Assembly: GCA_963422375.2 (NCBI GenBank)
Contig: OY729428.2
Coordinates: 1,280,001 to 1,344,000 of the forward strand
Length of the DNA stretch: 64,000 bases
Source: Bryobacterales bacterium
Lineage (GTDB): Bacteria > Acidobacteriota > Terriglobia > Bryobacterales > UBA6623
Direction of reading: 5' to 3'
This document shows, piece after piece, positions 56,266 to 64,000 of the stretch. Numbering within the stretch: the first letter of the stretch is position 1; the number at the start of each line of letters is the position of its first letter. A program made the translations under genes and the position numbers. The notes beneath the pieces are model-generated. The model was not told the origin of the DNA and made no database searches. It worked only from the letters and a program-made list of their open reading frames with translations.

Positions 56266-56497
56266 CGGCGACCCGGACAAGCTCTCGGCGGAGAGCTTCC
56301 GCGCTTTCGGCGAGCTGGCCGCGCGGCGCGGGAGGGCCCCCGTCACCCTCTGGGTGCTCGAGTCCGACGAGGAGCTCTCCGCCGAGGGCGCCCGCCCGCT
56401 GCGCCCGCTGCCGGACGGCACCTGGGAGGCTCCCGGCGGCCGCCGCTGGCGCCGCTTGACCGGGACCCCCGGCGGCGCGGAGGGCCCCCGCGCGTGA
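56234..56497 (+). CDS. Small hypothetical protein sharing a motif with the tail tip protein
   Basis: GGAGG RBS; RPLRPLPDGTW..PGGRRW resembles [18 protein letters not shown] in 46626..51740. Confidence 0.6.
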   Translation: MAGRRYRMLADGDPDKLSAESFRAFGELAARRGRAPVTLWVLESDEELSAEGARPLRPLPDGTWEAPGGRRWRRLTGTPGGAEGPRA

Positions 56498-57048
56498 ACG
56501 GCCCCTGGAGCCTGGTGCCCGGCGCCGTCGACGACTGCGCGGGCCTGCTGCGCGCGCTGCTCGACAGCACGGAGCTGCGCCCCGGCACCGTCAACGGCGA
56601 CGGCTCCGTGCGCCCCGACATCCGCCGCTCCGCCGTCGGCTGGCCCGACCCCGCCCGCCACGCCGCCGAGCTCGCCCGCGTGCGCCGGGCCGTTCTCGCG
56701 GCCAACCGCGAGCTGTGGGGCTTCGATCTCGACGGCGGCGAGGAGTGGCAGCTCACGCACTACACCCATCTCGACGCGGGCGTCTACGAGCGGCACATGG
56801 ACTGCTCGCTGGAGGGCGGGCGGCCGCGCTGCCGCAAGGTCTCCGTCTGCGTCAACCTGTCCGACCCGCGCGACTACGAGGGCGGCTCGCTGCGGCTGGG
56901 GGCCGTGGGCCAGCCCGACCGCGCGGCGCTGCGCCAGCGCGGCGCCGCGCTGGTCTTCCCCAGCTTCGTCGAGCATCGCGTCACGCCCTTGCTGGCCGGG
57001 GAGCGCTACTCCCTCGTCGCCTGGTTCTCCGGGCCGGCCTGGCGCTAG
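56494..57048 (+). CDS. 2OG-Fe(II) oxygenase (prolyl 4-hydroxylase/PKHD-like)
   Basis: YERHMD (HxD), RKVSVCVNLSDP.DYEGG.L, FPSFVEHRVTP...GERYSLVAW. Confidence 0.9.
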   Translation: MNGPWSLVPGAVDDCAGLLRALLDSTELRPGTVNGDGSVRPDIRRSAVGWPDPARHAAELARVRRAVLAANRELWGFDLDGGEEWQLTHYTHLDAGVYERHMDCSLEGGRPRCRKVSVCVNLSDPRDYEGGSLRLGAVGQPDRAALRQRGAALVFPSFVEHRVTPLLAGERYSLVAWFSGPAWR

Positions 57049-57067
57049 CCCGCGCCGCCGCGCCTAC

Positions 57068-57076
57068 TGGTATAAT
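57068..57076 (+). promoter_or_regulatory. Extended -10 promoter (TGnTATAAT) upstream of the defence moron
   Basis: TGGTATAAT, 20 bp after the oxygenase stop, in otherwise very GC-rich DNA. Confidence 0.55.
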
Positions 57077-57361
57077 GGAGAGATGCTGGCTCCGGCGTCA
57101 GCATCGTGATCTGGGCGCCGGGGCTGGCAGCTGCAGCAGCACCCGCTGCCACCCTCCCCTGGGTAGAGGGGCCGTGCACGGCCTAACTCCCCGAGGATAG
57201 GGGTGGCAGCGGACCCTAGGCACGGTAGCGCGATCCGTGCGAGGGCCCTGAAGCCCCGCCGCACGGTACGCTGGGAGACGTCGAGCGGAACCCTTTGCGA
57301 GAGCGTTGCCGGGCGGGCCCGCGAGGGCCCGCCCTATTCGTATCGGGAGCGGGAGCGGGGC

Positions 57362-57595
57362 ATGGGAACGCGGACGCTGCACTTCCTGGCAGCCTTCGAT
57401 CAGGTCTGCGACAGGGAGCTGCTTCCCATGAGGCAGGCCGAGGAATGTGGCGCCCGGAGAACAATCGACGAGGCGGCGGCAGTGGCGCTCGGTATCGCTC
57501 CCGATGCAATCGCGGACTGGAGAAGGCGTTTGGCGTTGGAGCCGACGATCACCAATGTGCGCGTCAGGGAACCCGGGAGCGAAGAGGCATCCTGA
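57362..57595 (+). pseudogene. C-terminal fragment of a larger gene (possibly an RM/DNA methylase protein)
   Basis: Protein-like tail LAAFDQVCDRELLP...IDEAAAVALG...WRRRLALEPTITN with no credible N-terminus; GC shift here. Confidence 0.35.
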
Positions 57596-57641
57596 GCATG
57601 GCCCTGAACGCGAAGCACACGGATTTCCAAGGGGCTTGAGC

Positions 57642-59738
57642 ATGTCTGTCGAATACTCGATGAGAATTTCCCGGCTTACCGTCGACAAGTTGGGGGTCAA
57701 GCTCTACGACAAGGTGTCCGCCGTCATCGCCGAACTCATCGCGAACGCCTACGATGCCGATGCCACACATGTGACGGTTCGAGCGCCGATGGGGCAGTTT
57801 CTGGCGACTCGAGCCGGAGGCACCGTGGCGGACAAGGGCTTCAGCATCGAAGTCGACGACGACGGCATCGGCATGACGCCTCAGCAGGTACAGGACTTCT
57901 TTCTCGTCGTCGGTTCCGAGCGGCGGAACGACACCAGCCGAGGCGACCGTTCGCCCCGCTACAGACGTAAGGTCATGGGCCGCAAGGGCGTCGGAAAGCT
58001 GGCACCCTTCGGTATCTGCAAGACCATCGAGGTGATCAGTGCCGGCGGAGATTTCATCGACGGCGGGGGTGCGACCCCGGGCGCCACGGGCTACCTCACG
58101 TCCCACATCGTCCTCTACTACGATGGCATCACGGCGCTCGATGATGAGCCCGACGAACGCTACAAGCCGGTCGTGGGCGACCGCGATGAGTCTTACTCCC
58201 CGAAGTCGGGGACTCGAATCATCCTGAAGGACTTCAGCCACCGGAGGGTCCCCGAGCTCAATGTCCTCGGCCGCCAGCTCGCCCAACGCTTTGGTATCCC
58301 GTCGACGGACTGGAATGTCCAGCTTCTGGACAACACGGAATCCACTCCGTCACCGGTGACGGTCGGCACCTTCGACATTCAGACGATGCCGAACACGAAG
58401 CTCACGTTTGGGCAGAATGGAACTGTACTCAACCCCGACGGTGCTCCTGCGATGGACCAGTCGGCCGGATTCGAACATGAGGGCATATTTCGCCCCATCA
58501 CAGGCTGGATGGCGTACTCGAAGGCTCCCTACAAGGACGAGCTCATGGCTGGGGTGAGAATCTACTGCCGCGGCAAGATCGCCGCCCAGACATCCATCTT
58601 CAACCAGCGGGCCGGCTTTACCGGCGAGCACAACATCCGCTCCTATCTCGTCGGCGAGCTCCACGCCGACTGGCTCGACGAAGAAGAAGACCTCATCCAA
58701 ACCGATCGACGGGACATCCTCTGGTCGGACGAACTCGCTGCCGCCTTCCAAGCTTGGGGCCAGAGAATCGTCAAGAAGATCGGCACCCTGTCGCGGGAGC
58801 CCATGCGGAGAGCGACTTTGGATCTGTTCCTCGAGACGGGCGATGTCGACGCTCGCATCCAGAACGCCTATCCGACCGAAGAGCAACAAGACATTCGCAA
58901 AAGCGCGAAAGAGGTCGCCGAATCCTTCGGTCGCACGATCAGCCGAGGGGATGTCGAAGATGCCAGCGTCGTGAACGAACTGGTCGATCTGAGCATCACC
59001 CTCGCGCCCCACATCACGCTCAACGCCAAGATGAAGGAAGCGGTCGCCAGCGCCGACACGCCGCTCTCTGTCCTAGCTTCGTTCCTGCGTACGGCGCGAT
59101 TGGCCGAACTGTCCTCGTTCGGCAGAATCGCGGAAGACCGCCTCAAGGTCATCGACCGCCTCGAAATTCTGAAGGACGCCGACGACACCGACGAGAACGA
59201 TCTTCAGCGGCTGATCACTGACGCTCCCTGGTTGATCAACCCTGAATGGGCGCCGGTGACCGAAAACCAAACCTTCGCGAGTTTGCGCCGGGAGTTCGAG
59301 AAGTACTACAACGACAAGACCGGCCAGTCCATTTCGTTGTCCGATTTCCAGAAGACGGGCAAACGGCCGGACTTCGTCTTGTCCAATCAGGAAGGCACGG
59401 TGCAGATCATCGAGATCAAGAAGCCGGGCCATAGACTGTCGAACCCGGAAATGGACAGGATCGTCACCTACTACGAGAACATGGAGGCGTTCCTTGACGA
59501 CCCTGGGCATACCGCGTTTCGCATGCACTTGGCCGACTTCCATGTCACCGTGGTCTGCGACAGGCTCGGTTTGAGCGGTTCTCCGCGCGCCGCCTTTGAT
59601 GGTTATCGTGACAAAGGCAGACTGACGCGCATGGACTGGACGGCGTTTCTCCTGAAATCGGAACAAGTGCACCAGGATTTTCTCAGCGAGGCCCAGCGTC
59701 AGCGTGCCGCCGGACCAGCGGTTCCCGACGGCCATTGA
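57642..59738 (+). CDS. GHKL/MORC-type ATPase with C-terminal PD-(D/E)xK nuclease domain
   Basis: ELIANAYDADA, DDGIGM, GRKGVGKLA, GTRI; C-terminal RPDFVL...IIEIKKP. Confidence 0.85.
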   Translation: MSVEYSMRISRLTVDKLGVKLYDKVSAVIAELIANAYDADATHVTVRAPMGQFLATRAGGTVADKGFSIEVDDDGIGMTPQQVQDFFLVVGSERRNDTSRGDRSPRYRRKVMGRKGVGKLAPFGICKTIEVISAGGDFIDGGGATPGATGYLTSHIVLYYDGITALDDEPDERYKPVVGDRDESYSPKSGTRIILKDFSHRRVPELNVLGRQLAQRFGIPSTDWNVQLLDNTESTPSPVTVGTFDIQTMPNTKLTFGQNGTVLNPDGAPAMDQSAGFEHEGIFRPITGWMAYSKAPYKDELMAGVRIYCRGKIAAQTSIFNQRAGFTGEHNIRSYLVGELHADWLDEEEDLIQTDRRDILWSDELAAAFQAWGQRIVKKIGTLSREPMRRATLDLFLETGDVDARIQNAYPTEEQQDIRKSAKEVAESFGRTISRGDVEDASVVNELVDLSITLAPHITLNAKMKEAVASADTPLSVLASFLRTARLAELSSFGRIAEDRLKVIDRLEILKDADDTDENDLQRLITDAPWLINPEWAPVTENQTFASLRREFEKYYNDKTGQSISLSDFQKTGKRPDFVLSNQEGTVQIIEIKKPGHRLSNPEMDRIVTYYENMEAFLDDPGHTAFRMHLADFHVTVVCDRLGLSGSPRAAFDGYRDKGRLTRMDWTAFLLKSEQVHQDFLSEAQRQRAAGPAVPDGH

Positions 59739-59743
59739 CGAAC

Positions 59744-60838
59744 ATGACTCCGACGGCGATCGACATCTTTGCCGGCGCTGGGGGCCTGACGGTTGGCCTC
59801 AAACGCGCGGGCTTCCGCGTTGTCGCTGCGGTGGAGATCGAGGCCCATTCATTCGCTACCTACAAGGCGAACCATCCTGAGGTGCGGTGCCTGAAGCAGG
59901 ACATCGCCACGGTCTCCGGCGACGCTCTTTTCGAGCTCGCGGGAACAGACCGAATTGATCTACTGGCAGGTTGCCCGCCGTGCCAAGGCTTCACCAGCCT
60001 GACTGCAAAGTACAAGGGTAGGGAAGATCCTCGTAACGCACTCGTTCTCGAGATGGCCCGCCTCGCCGAGGAAATGCGGCCGCGGGCGATCATGATGGAG
60101 AATGTCCCCGGATTGGCACGAAAGGGCGGATCGCTATACGGTCGAATGCAAGCGCGACTCCAGGCGCTCGATTACCGACTGACAGATAGGATACTGCAAG
60201 TCGCTGATTACGGTGTCCCGCAGTTTCGGCGACGATTTGTCCTACTCGGTGGTCAAGGCTTCGAGATCGCCCTCCCGGACGCGACTCATTCCGGTACGCC
60301 GACTGGTAACCTTACGCGTTGGCGCACGGTAGGTGACACGATCAAGAACATGCCTGAACCCCTCACCTTGGCGGAGGCCAAGGCAAGGGGAGAGGTCGAG
60401 CGGTCCGACTGGCATGTCGTTCGAAAACTGTCGCGCGAGAACATCGAACGCATTAAGGCGGCGAAGCCAGGTGAGACATGGGCGCACATTCCCGAGCATC
60501 TCCGGCCGGCCTGTCACCGTGACGGCTATGTCGGATTCACCAATGTATACGGGAGGATGGTTTGGGACCGACCGTCACCTACGATTACCGGCGGCTGCAC
60601 CACTCTAAGCAAGGGCCGCTTTGGTCATCCGAATGCCGACCGGACGATCTCCGTACGGGAGGCCGCACTTCTCCAGACCTTTCCCCGAGACTACCGCCTT
60701 GACACACCGTTCATGGATTATGTGTGTAACATGATAGGCAACGCATTGCCGTGCGACTTTGCGGAAGCCCTCTCGCGGCGATGTCTAGACGAGCTTGGCA
60801 AACAGGCGAAAAGCATGTCCCCGACATTCTCCAGCTAG
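59744..60838 (+). CDS. DNA (cytosine-5)-methyltransferase
   Basis: DIFAGAGG, GCPPCQGF, MENVPG, YGVPQFRRR, REAALLQTFP, IGNA. Confidence 0.96.
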   Translation: MTPTAIDIFAGAGGLTVGLKRAGFRVVAAVEIEAHSFATYKANHPEVRCLKQDIATVSGDALFELAGTDRIDLLAGCPPCQGFTSLTAKYKGREDPRNALVLEMARLAEEMRPRAIMMENVPGLARKGGSLYGRMQARLQALDYRLTDRILQVADYGVPQFRRRFVLLGGQGFEIALPDATHSGTPTGNLTRWRTVGDTIKNMPEPLTLAEAKARGEVERSDWHVVRKLSRENIERIKAAKPGETWAHIPEHLRPACHRDGYVGFTNVYGRMVWDRPSPTITGGCTTLSKGRFGHPNADRTISVREAALLQTFPRDYRLDTPFMDYVCNMIGNALPCDFAEALSRRCLDELGKQAKSMSPTFSS

Positions 60839-60913
60839 CGTAGGGGAGCCACCCGAAATTGCCTAAGGTCGGCGTGTTCGAGAGCGAATCCTTCGCCAAT
60901 CCAACGGCTACGA

Positions 60914-61369
60914 TCAATTGATACATCGGCTAGTAGGCGTCTCGTTGGCAGCACCACCCGAGCCGAACAATTGGTCAGAGTGTCGGGGTACGGTCACAAC
61001 CAATCTAGGTCCGGGCGGTCGGGAGGCTTCCGGCTTGCCGCCGACCTTGCCGAACATGACGTAGATCGCGGAGACGGACGGATCGCGCATGGACTCGAAC
61101 ACGCTGTTGCCCACCGCGTTCCATGTGTCGCGCTTGCTGTACTTGACCTCGACGCCGAAGCCGTTGACGCGGATGTCGGGAAAGGCGTGGCGGTGGTAGG
61201 TCGGTTCGACCGTCGCGTCGAGATCGGTGGCCGCGTTCTGCAACGCGGCCAGCACGCCCTGCTCGAACTGGTCCGGGCCGTGGCAGAGCGTGCTGGTACG
61301 GAGATTGAGCGTCAGGAACTGCGCTGCGCGGTCCAGTAGCGCCTCGAACTCAGTCGGCGTCAACAACAA
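60914..61369 (-). pseudogene. Truncated PD-(D/E)xK restriction endonuclease
   Basis: HAFPDI....FGVEVK..D.W..VGNSVFE; sequence turns non-protein-like after KVGGKPEA (about 61025). Confidence 0.6.
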
Positions 61370-61528
61370 GATCTACGTTCTTCACGGTCCCTCCTTGCCC
61401 GTGGCCGGGGCGAAGCGCTCGGCGAAGCGCGCCGCCGTCATCGCCCGCCCCCTGCTCGCGGCATCAACAAGTGTAGCGCTCGGTTAGATCGGCGGGCGCG
61501 GGCCGGGGGGAGGGGGGGCAAATTCCCC

Positions 61529-62185
61529 CTACAACGCCCTGCCCGCCCAGCGCACCTCGCCGACCACGCGGCTCTCCCGCGGCAGCGGCAGGGGCTCGAA
61601 GGCGCGGTTCTCGCTCTCCAGCAGCCACGCGCCGCCCGCGCCGCCCGCCCGCCGGGCCCGCTTGACCACCAGCCCGTCCGCGCCGCGCACGACGAAGACC
61701 CTCCCGCTGGCCAGCGCCCGGCGCTCGTGATCGACCAGGATCCAGCAGCCGTCCTCCAGCAGCGGCTCCATCGAGTCGCCGATCACCTCGATCACGCTGC
61801 AGCGGCCCGCGGCCACGCGGTGCCGCCGCAGCCAGCGGCGCGGGAAGGCCACGTGGCCGATGACCGGCTCCGACTCGGCCTCCGCGCCGGCGCCCGCCGC
61901 CGCGCGGACGTCGCGCAGGGGCACCAGGTCGGCCTCGCGCTCGCCGAGCAGGGCGGGCGGGAGCAAGCCCGCGGGCGCGGGGTCGTCGGTGAGGCCGGCG
62001 AGGTAGTCGAGCGAGACGCCGAGCGTCCGGGCGGCCTCGACCAAGCCGTCGAATCGCAATGTGCGGTGGCCGGCTTCAACCCTCGAAATCATCGCTTGGT
62101 CGTAGCGATCTCCGAGGGCCGCGGCCAATTCGACTTGCTTGAGACCAGCACGTCGCCTAGCCGCCGCCAGCCGCGGACCCAGCAT
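61529..62185 (-). CDS. CI-like repressor (XRE HTH + S24 autopeptidase)
   Basis: LKQVELA..ISRVEAG HTH, SLDYLAG, AAGAG cleavage site, GDSMEP Ser, VVKR Lys. Confidence 0.93.
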   Translation of the reverse strand: MLGPRLAAARRRAGLKQVELAAALGDRYDQAMISRVEAGHRTLRFDGLVEAARTLGVSLDYLAGLTDDPAPAGLLPPALLGEREADLVPLRDVRAAAGAGAEAESEPVIGHVAFPRRWLRRHRVAAGRCSVIEVIGDSMEPLLEDGCWILVDHERRALASGRVFVVRGADGLVVKRARRAGGAGGAWLLESENRAFEPLPLPRESRVVGEVRWAGRAL

Positions 62186-62211
62186 GAATCTAGCCTAAGA
62201 AAAAAAAGTTC

Positions 62212-62261
62212 TTGACAAATGCCTCTGAGGCATGTAGATTGCCTACATGTCCGTGAGGCAT
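62212..62261 (+). promoter_or_regulatory. Lytic promoter (TTGACA-17-TAGATT) with operator palindromes
   Basis: -35 at 62212-62217, -10 at 62235-62240; palindrome ATGCCTCTGAGGCAT (62219-62233) and a 12/15 copy at 62247-62261. Confidence 0.8.
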
Positions 62262-62483
62262 CTCCACGTAAGGATCGCTGAGGTCGGCGTGCTTCACGCC
62301 GACGTGGCGGCCGAGCTTCATCTCCACCCGTCGGCGTTCAGCGCGATCTTGAGCGGCCGCCGTCGCCCGCCCGACGGCTTCGAGGCACGCGTCTCGCAGG
62401 CCCTCGACCGCCTAGAGGCCGCCGAGAAGGCCGCTTCCGAGGCGCGGGCCCGCGTGCTCGCGGGGAAGGAGGGCGTCGCGTGA
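62247..62483 (+). CDS. Cro-like HTH protein
   Basis: Divergent from cI; HADVAAELHLHPSAFSAILSGRR HTH. Confidence 0.8.
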   Translation: MSVRHLHVRIAEVGVLHADVAAELHLHPSAFSAILSGRRRPPDGFEARVSQALDRLEAAEKAASEARARVLAGKEGVA

Positions 62484-62607
62484 CGGCCGACCTGCCGGGC
62501 CTGATGGCTTTCCTCCCGGAGGTGATGTCCCCGGGGGGAACGCGGGGCGGCTATCGGTTACGGCCGTCCCGCACCCGGATCGCCCGGTCCCGCGACGGAG
62601 GCGCCCG

Positions 62608-62868
62608 GTGACGCACCTGGAGATCGCCCTCGCGGCCCTCGCGGTGTCGCACTCGCTGACCGCCGCGATCGCGATCAGGGCCCTGCTGTCCAGCGAGGCC
62701 ACTCGGCGAGAAGCGCGTAAACGGCGTCGAGATGCCCGCCGGCTGGCTCGGACCCGGGATTCTTCCGTGCTTCGCGCGATCGAATCGCTATCCGCTCGCC
62801 CCAGAAGCCGAAGATCGCGTCCCGCGCCTCCGTCGAAAGAGAGCCCTCTCGATGGAGCAGCTCGATGA
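62608..62868 (+). CDS. Small TM + Arg-rich protein (paralog of 63173..63448)
   Basis: GGAGG RBS; LEIALAALAVS.LTAA..RAL. Confidence 0.45.
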   Translation: MTHLEIALAALAVSHSLTAAIAIRALLSSEATRREARKRRRDARRLARTRDSSVLRAIESLSARPRSRRSRPAPPSKESPLDGAAR

Positions 62869-62959
62869 GGGCGGCGAGCGCGAACTCGGTGTCGGTCGGG
62901 GCGTACCCGTACCGGTCGCATTCCCGGGCGATCTCGCGGACCGCCTCGACAGGCTGCAT
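62675..62959 (-). CDS. Hypothetical protein on the antisense strand of the early lytic region
   Basis: Strong AGGAGG RBS, minus-strand TAGAAT at 63047-63042, protein-like N-terminal half. Confidence 0.5.
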   Translation of the reverse strand: MQPVEAVREIARECDRYGYAPTDTEFALAALIELLHREGSLSTEARDAIFGFWGERIAIRSREARKNPGSEPAGGHLDAVYALLAEWPRWTAGP

Positions 62960-63172
62960 GACTTTCCTCCTGGAGGTGCTGTCTCCGGGAGGAACGCGGG
63001 GCGGCCGCTCTCAACGGCCGTCCCGCACCCGGATCGTTCCGATTCTAGCGCGAGGCCGCTCCGCCTCGCGCCCTTTCCCCCCGGCTGCCTGTCCCCCGGG
63101 GGGAACGCGGGGCGGCTATCGGTTACGGCCGTCCCGCACCCGGATCGCCCGCACCCGCGACGGAGGCGCCCG

Positions 63173-63448
63173 GTGACGCCCGTCGAGATCGCCCTCGCCC
63201 TGACGGCCGTGTCGCTCGCGCTGACCGCCGCGGCCGCGGTCCGGGCCCTGCAGGCCGGCTTCGCGGCGCGGCGGGACGAGCGCCGCTGCCGGCGCGCGCT
63301 GCGCCGGCGCTACCGCGAGCGCCTGGCCCAGGCGACCCGCCGCATGCGCGAGTCCCCGGCCGGCCGCCGCGACGGAGGCTCCGCGGCCCGGCAGCGGGCC
63401 CGGGCGGCCCGGGCGGCGGCGGCGCGGGAGGAGGCGCCGCGATGCTGA
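63173..63448 (+). CDS. Small TM + Arg-rich protein
   Basis: GGAGG RBS; VEIALALTAVSLALTAAAAVRAL; coupled to yqaJ-like gene. Confidence 0.55.
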   Translation: MTPVEIALALTAVSLALTAAAAVRALQAGFAARRDERRCRRALRRRYRERLAQATRRMRESPAGRRDGGSAARQRARAARAAAAREEAPRC

Positions 63449-64000
63449 CTCCGGAGCAGGTCGCGGCCCGGCGCGCGGGGCTGGGCGGCAGCGACGCCGC
63501 GGCGGCCCTCGGCCTGTCGCCCTGGAAGACGCAGCTCGAGCTGTACCTCGAGAAGACCGGCCAGGCCCCCGAGGCCGCGCCCACCGAGGCCATGCAATGG
63601 GGCCTGCGCCTCGAGAGCGCCGTGGCCCGGGCCGCCGGCGAGCGCCTCGGGGCGCGCCTGCGGCGGCGGCGCGTCACCCTGGCCCGCCGCGAGCGCCCCT
63701 GGATGCTGGCCCACGTCGACCGCGAGGTGGTCGGGCGCAAGGCGCTCCTCGAGATCAAGACGGCCGCCCGCCGCGACGGCGCGTGGGGCGAGGAGGGCAG
63801 CGACCGCGTGCCCCGGCACTACCTGTGCCAGGCGGCCCACTACCTGGCCGTGAAGCGCTGGGAGACGTGCTGGCTGGCCGTGCTGTTCCTCGCCGAGCGG
63901 CGCCTGGCCCTGTACGAGATCCGCCGCGACGCCGACCTCGAGGCCGCCCTGGTCGCGGCCGAGAGCCGCTTCTGGCACCAGCACGTCCTCCAGCGCGTCC
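63442..64000 (+). CDS. YqaJ-family (lambda-exonuclease-like) recombination protein, partial
   Basis: RRAGLGGSDAAAALGLSPWKT..LYLEKTG, WG..LE, AHVDR, LLEIKT, YLCQAAHYLAV; runs off the window. Confidence 0.92.
   Translation, partial: MLTPEQVAARRAGLGGSDAAAALGLSPWKTQLELYLEKTGQAPEAAPTEAMQWGLRLESAVARAAGERLGARLRRRRVTLARRERPWMLAHVDREVVGRKALLEIKTAARRDGAWGEEGSDRVPRHYLCQAAHYLAVKRWETCWLAVLFLAERRLALYEIRRDADLEAALVAAESRFWHQHVLQRV

Larger units (their letters stand above)
62526..63150. repeat. Three dispersed copies of a ~60-bp hairpin-forming element
   Basis: ccggggggaacgcggggcggc-N-acggccgtcccgcacccggatcg at about 62526-62585, 62980-63036 and 63090-63150. Confidence 0.85.

Overview
GC-rich bacterial window in two parts. 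Positions 1-27.8 kb are host chromosome, probably Acidobacteriota (inferred from the ClpC N-terminus and the DUF1501/PSD1 pair). They carry housekeeping genes (rlmB-like, aroC, pyrE, clpC, xylB, plsC, folC, accD, asd), a radical SAM gene, an ABC exporter with a hydrolase, an epoxide hydrolase and two decayed accessory islets. From about 27.83 kb to the end lies an HK97/lambda-like siphoviral prophage that interrupts an amidohydrolase gene. Its order is HNH-terS-terL-portal-protease-capsid, lysis genes, tail (with a G/GT -1 frameshift), tape measure, tail tip, a restriction-modification-type moron, the cI/cro switch and a YqaJ exonuclease. The standout is a tail-module cassette (46.6-57.0 kb) that looks like an animal-style collagen biosynthesis pathway. 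It has four collagen-domain proteins, a 642-aa fusion of a COLGALT-like GT25 domain, a PLOD/LH3-like glycosyltransferase and a PLOD-like lysyl hydroxylase, and a separate 2OG-Fe(II) oxygenase that is a candidate prolyl hydroxylase. All family assignments come from motif recognition by eye, not database searches.
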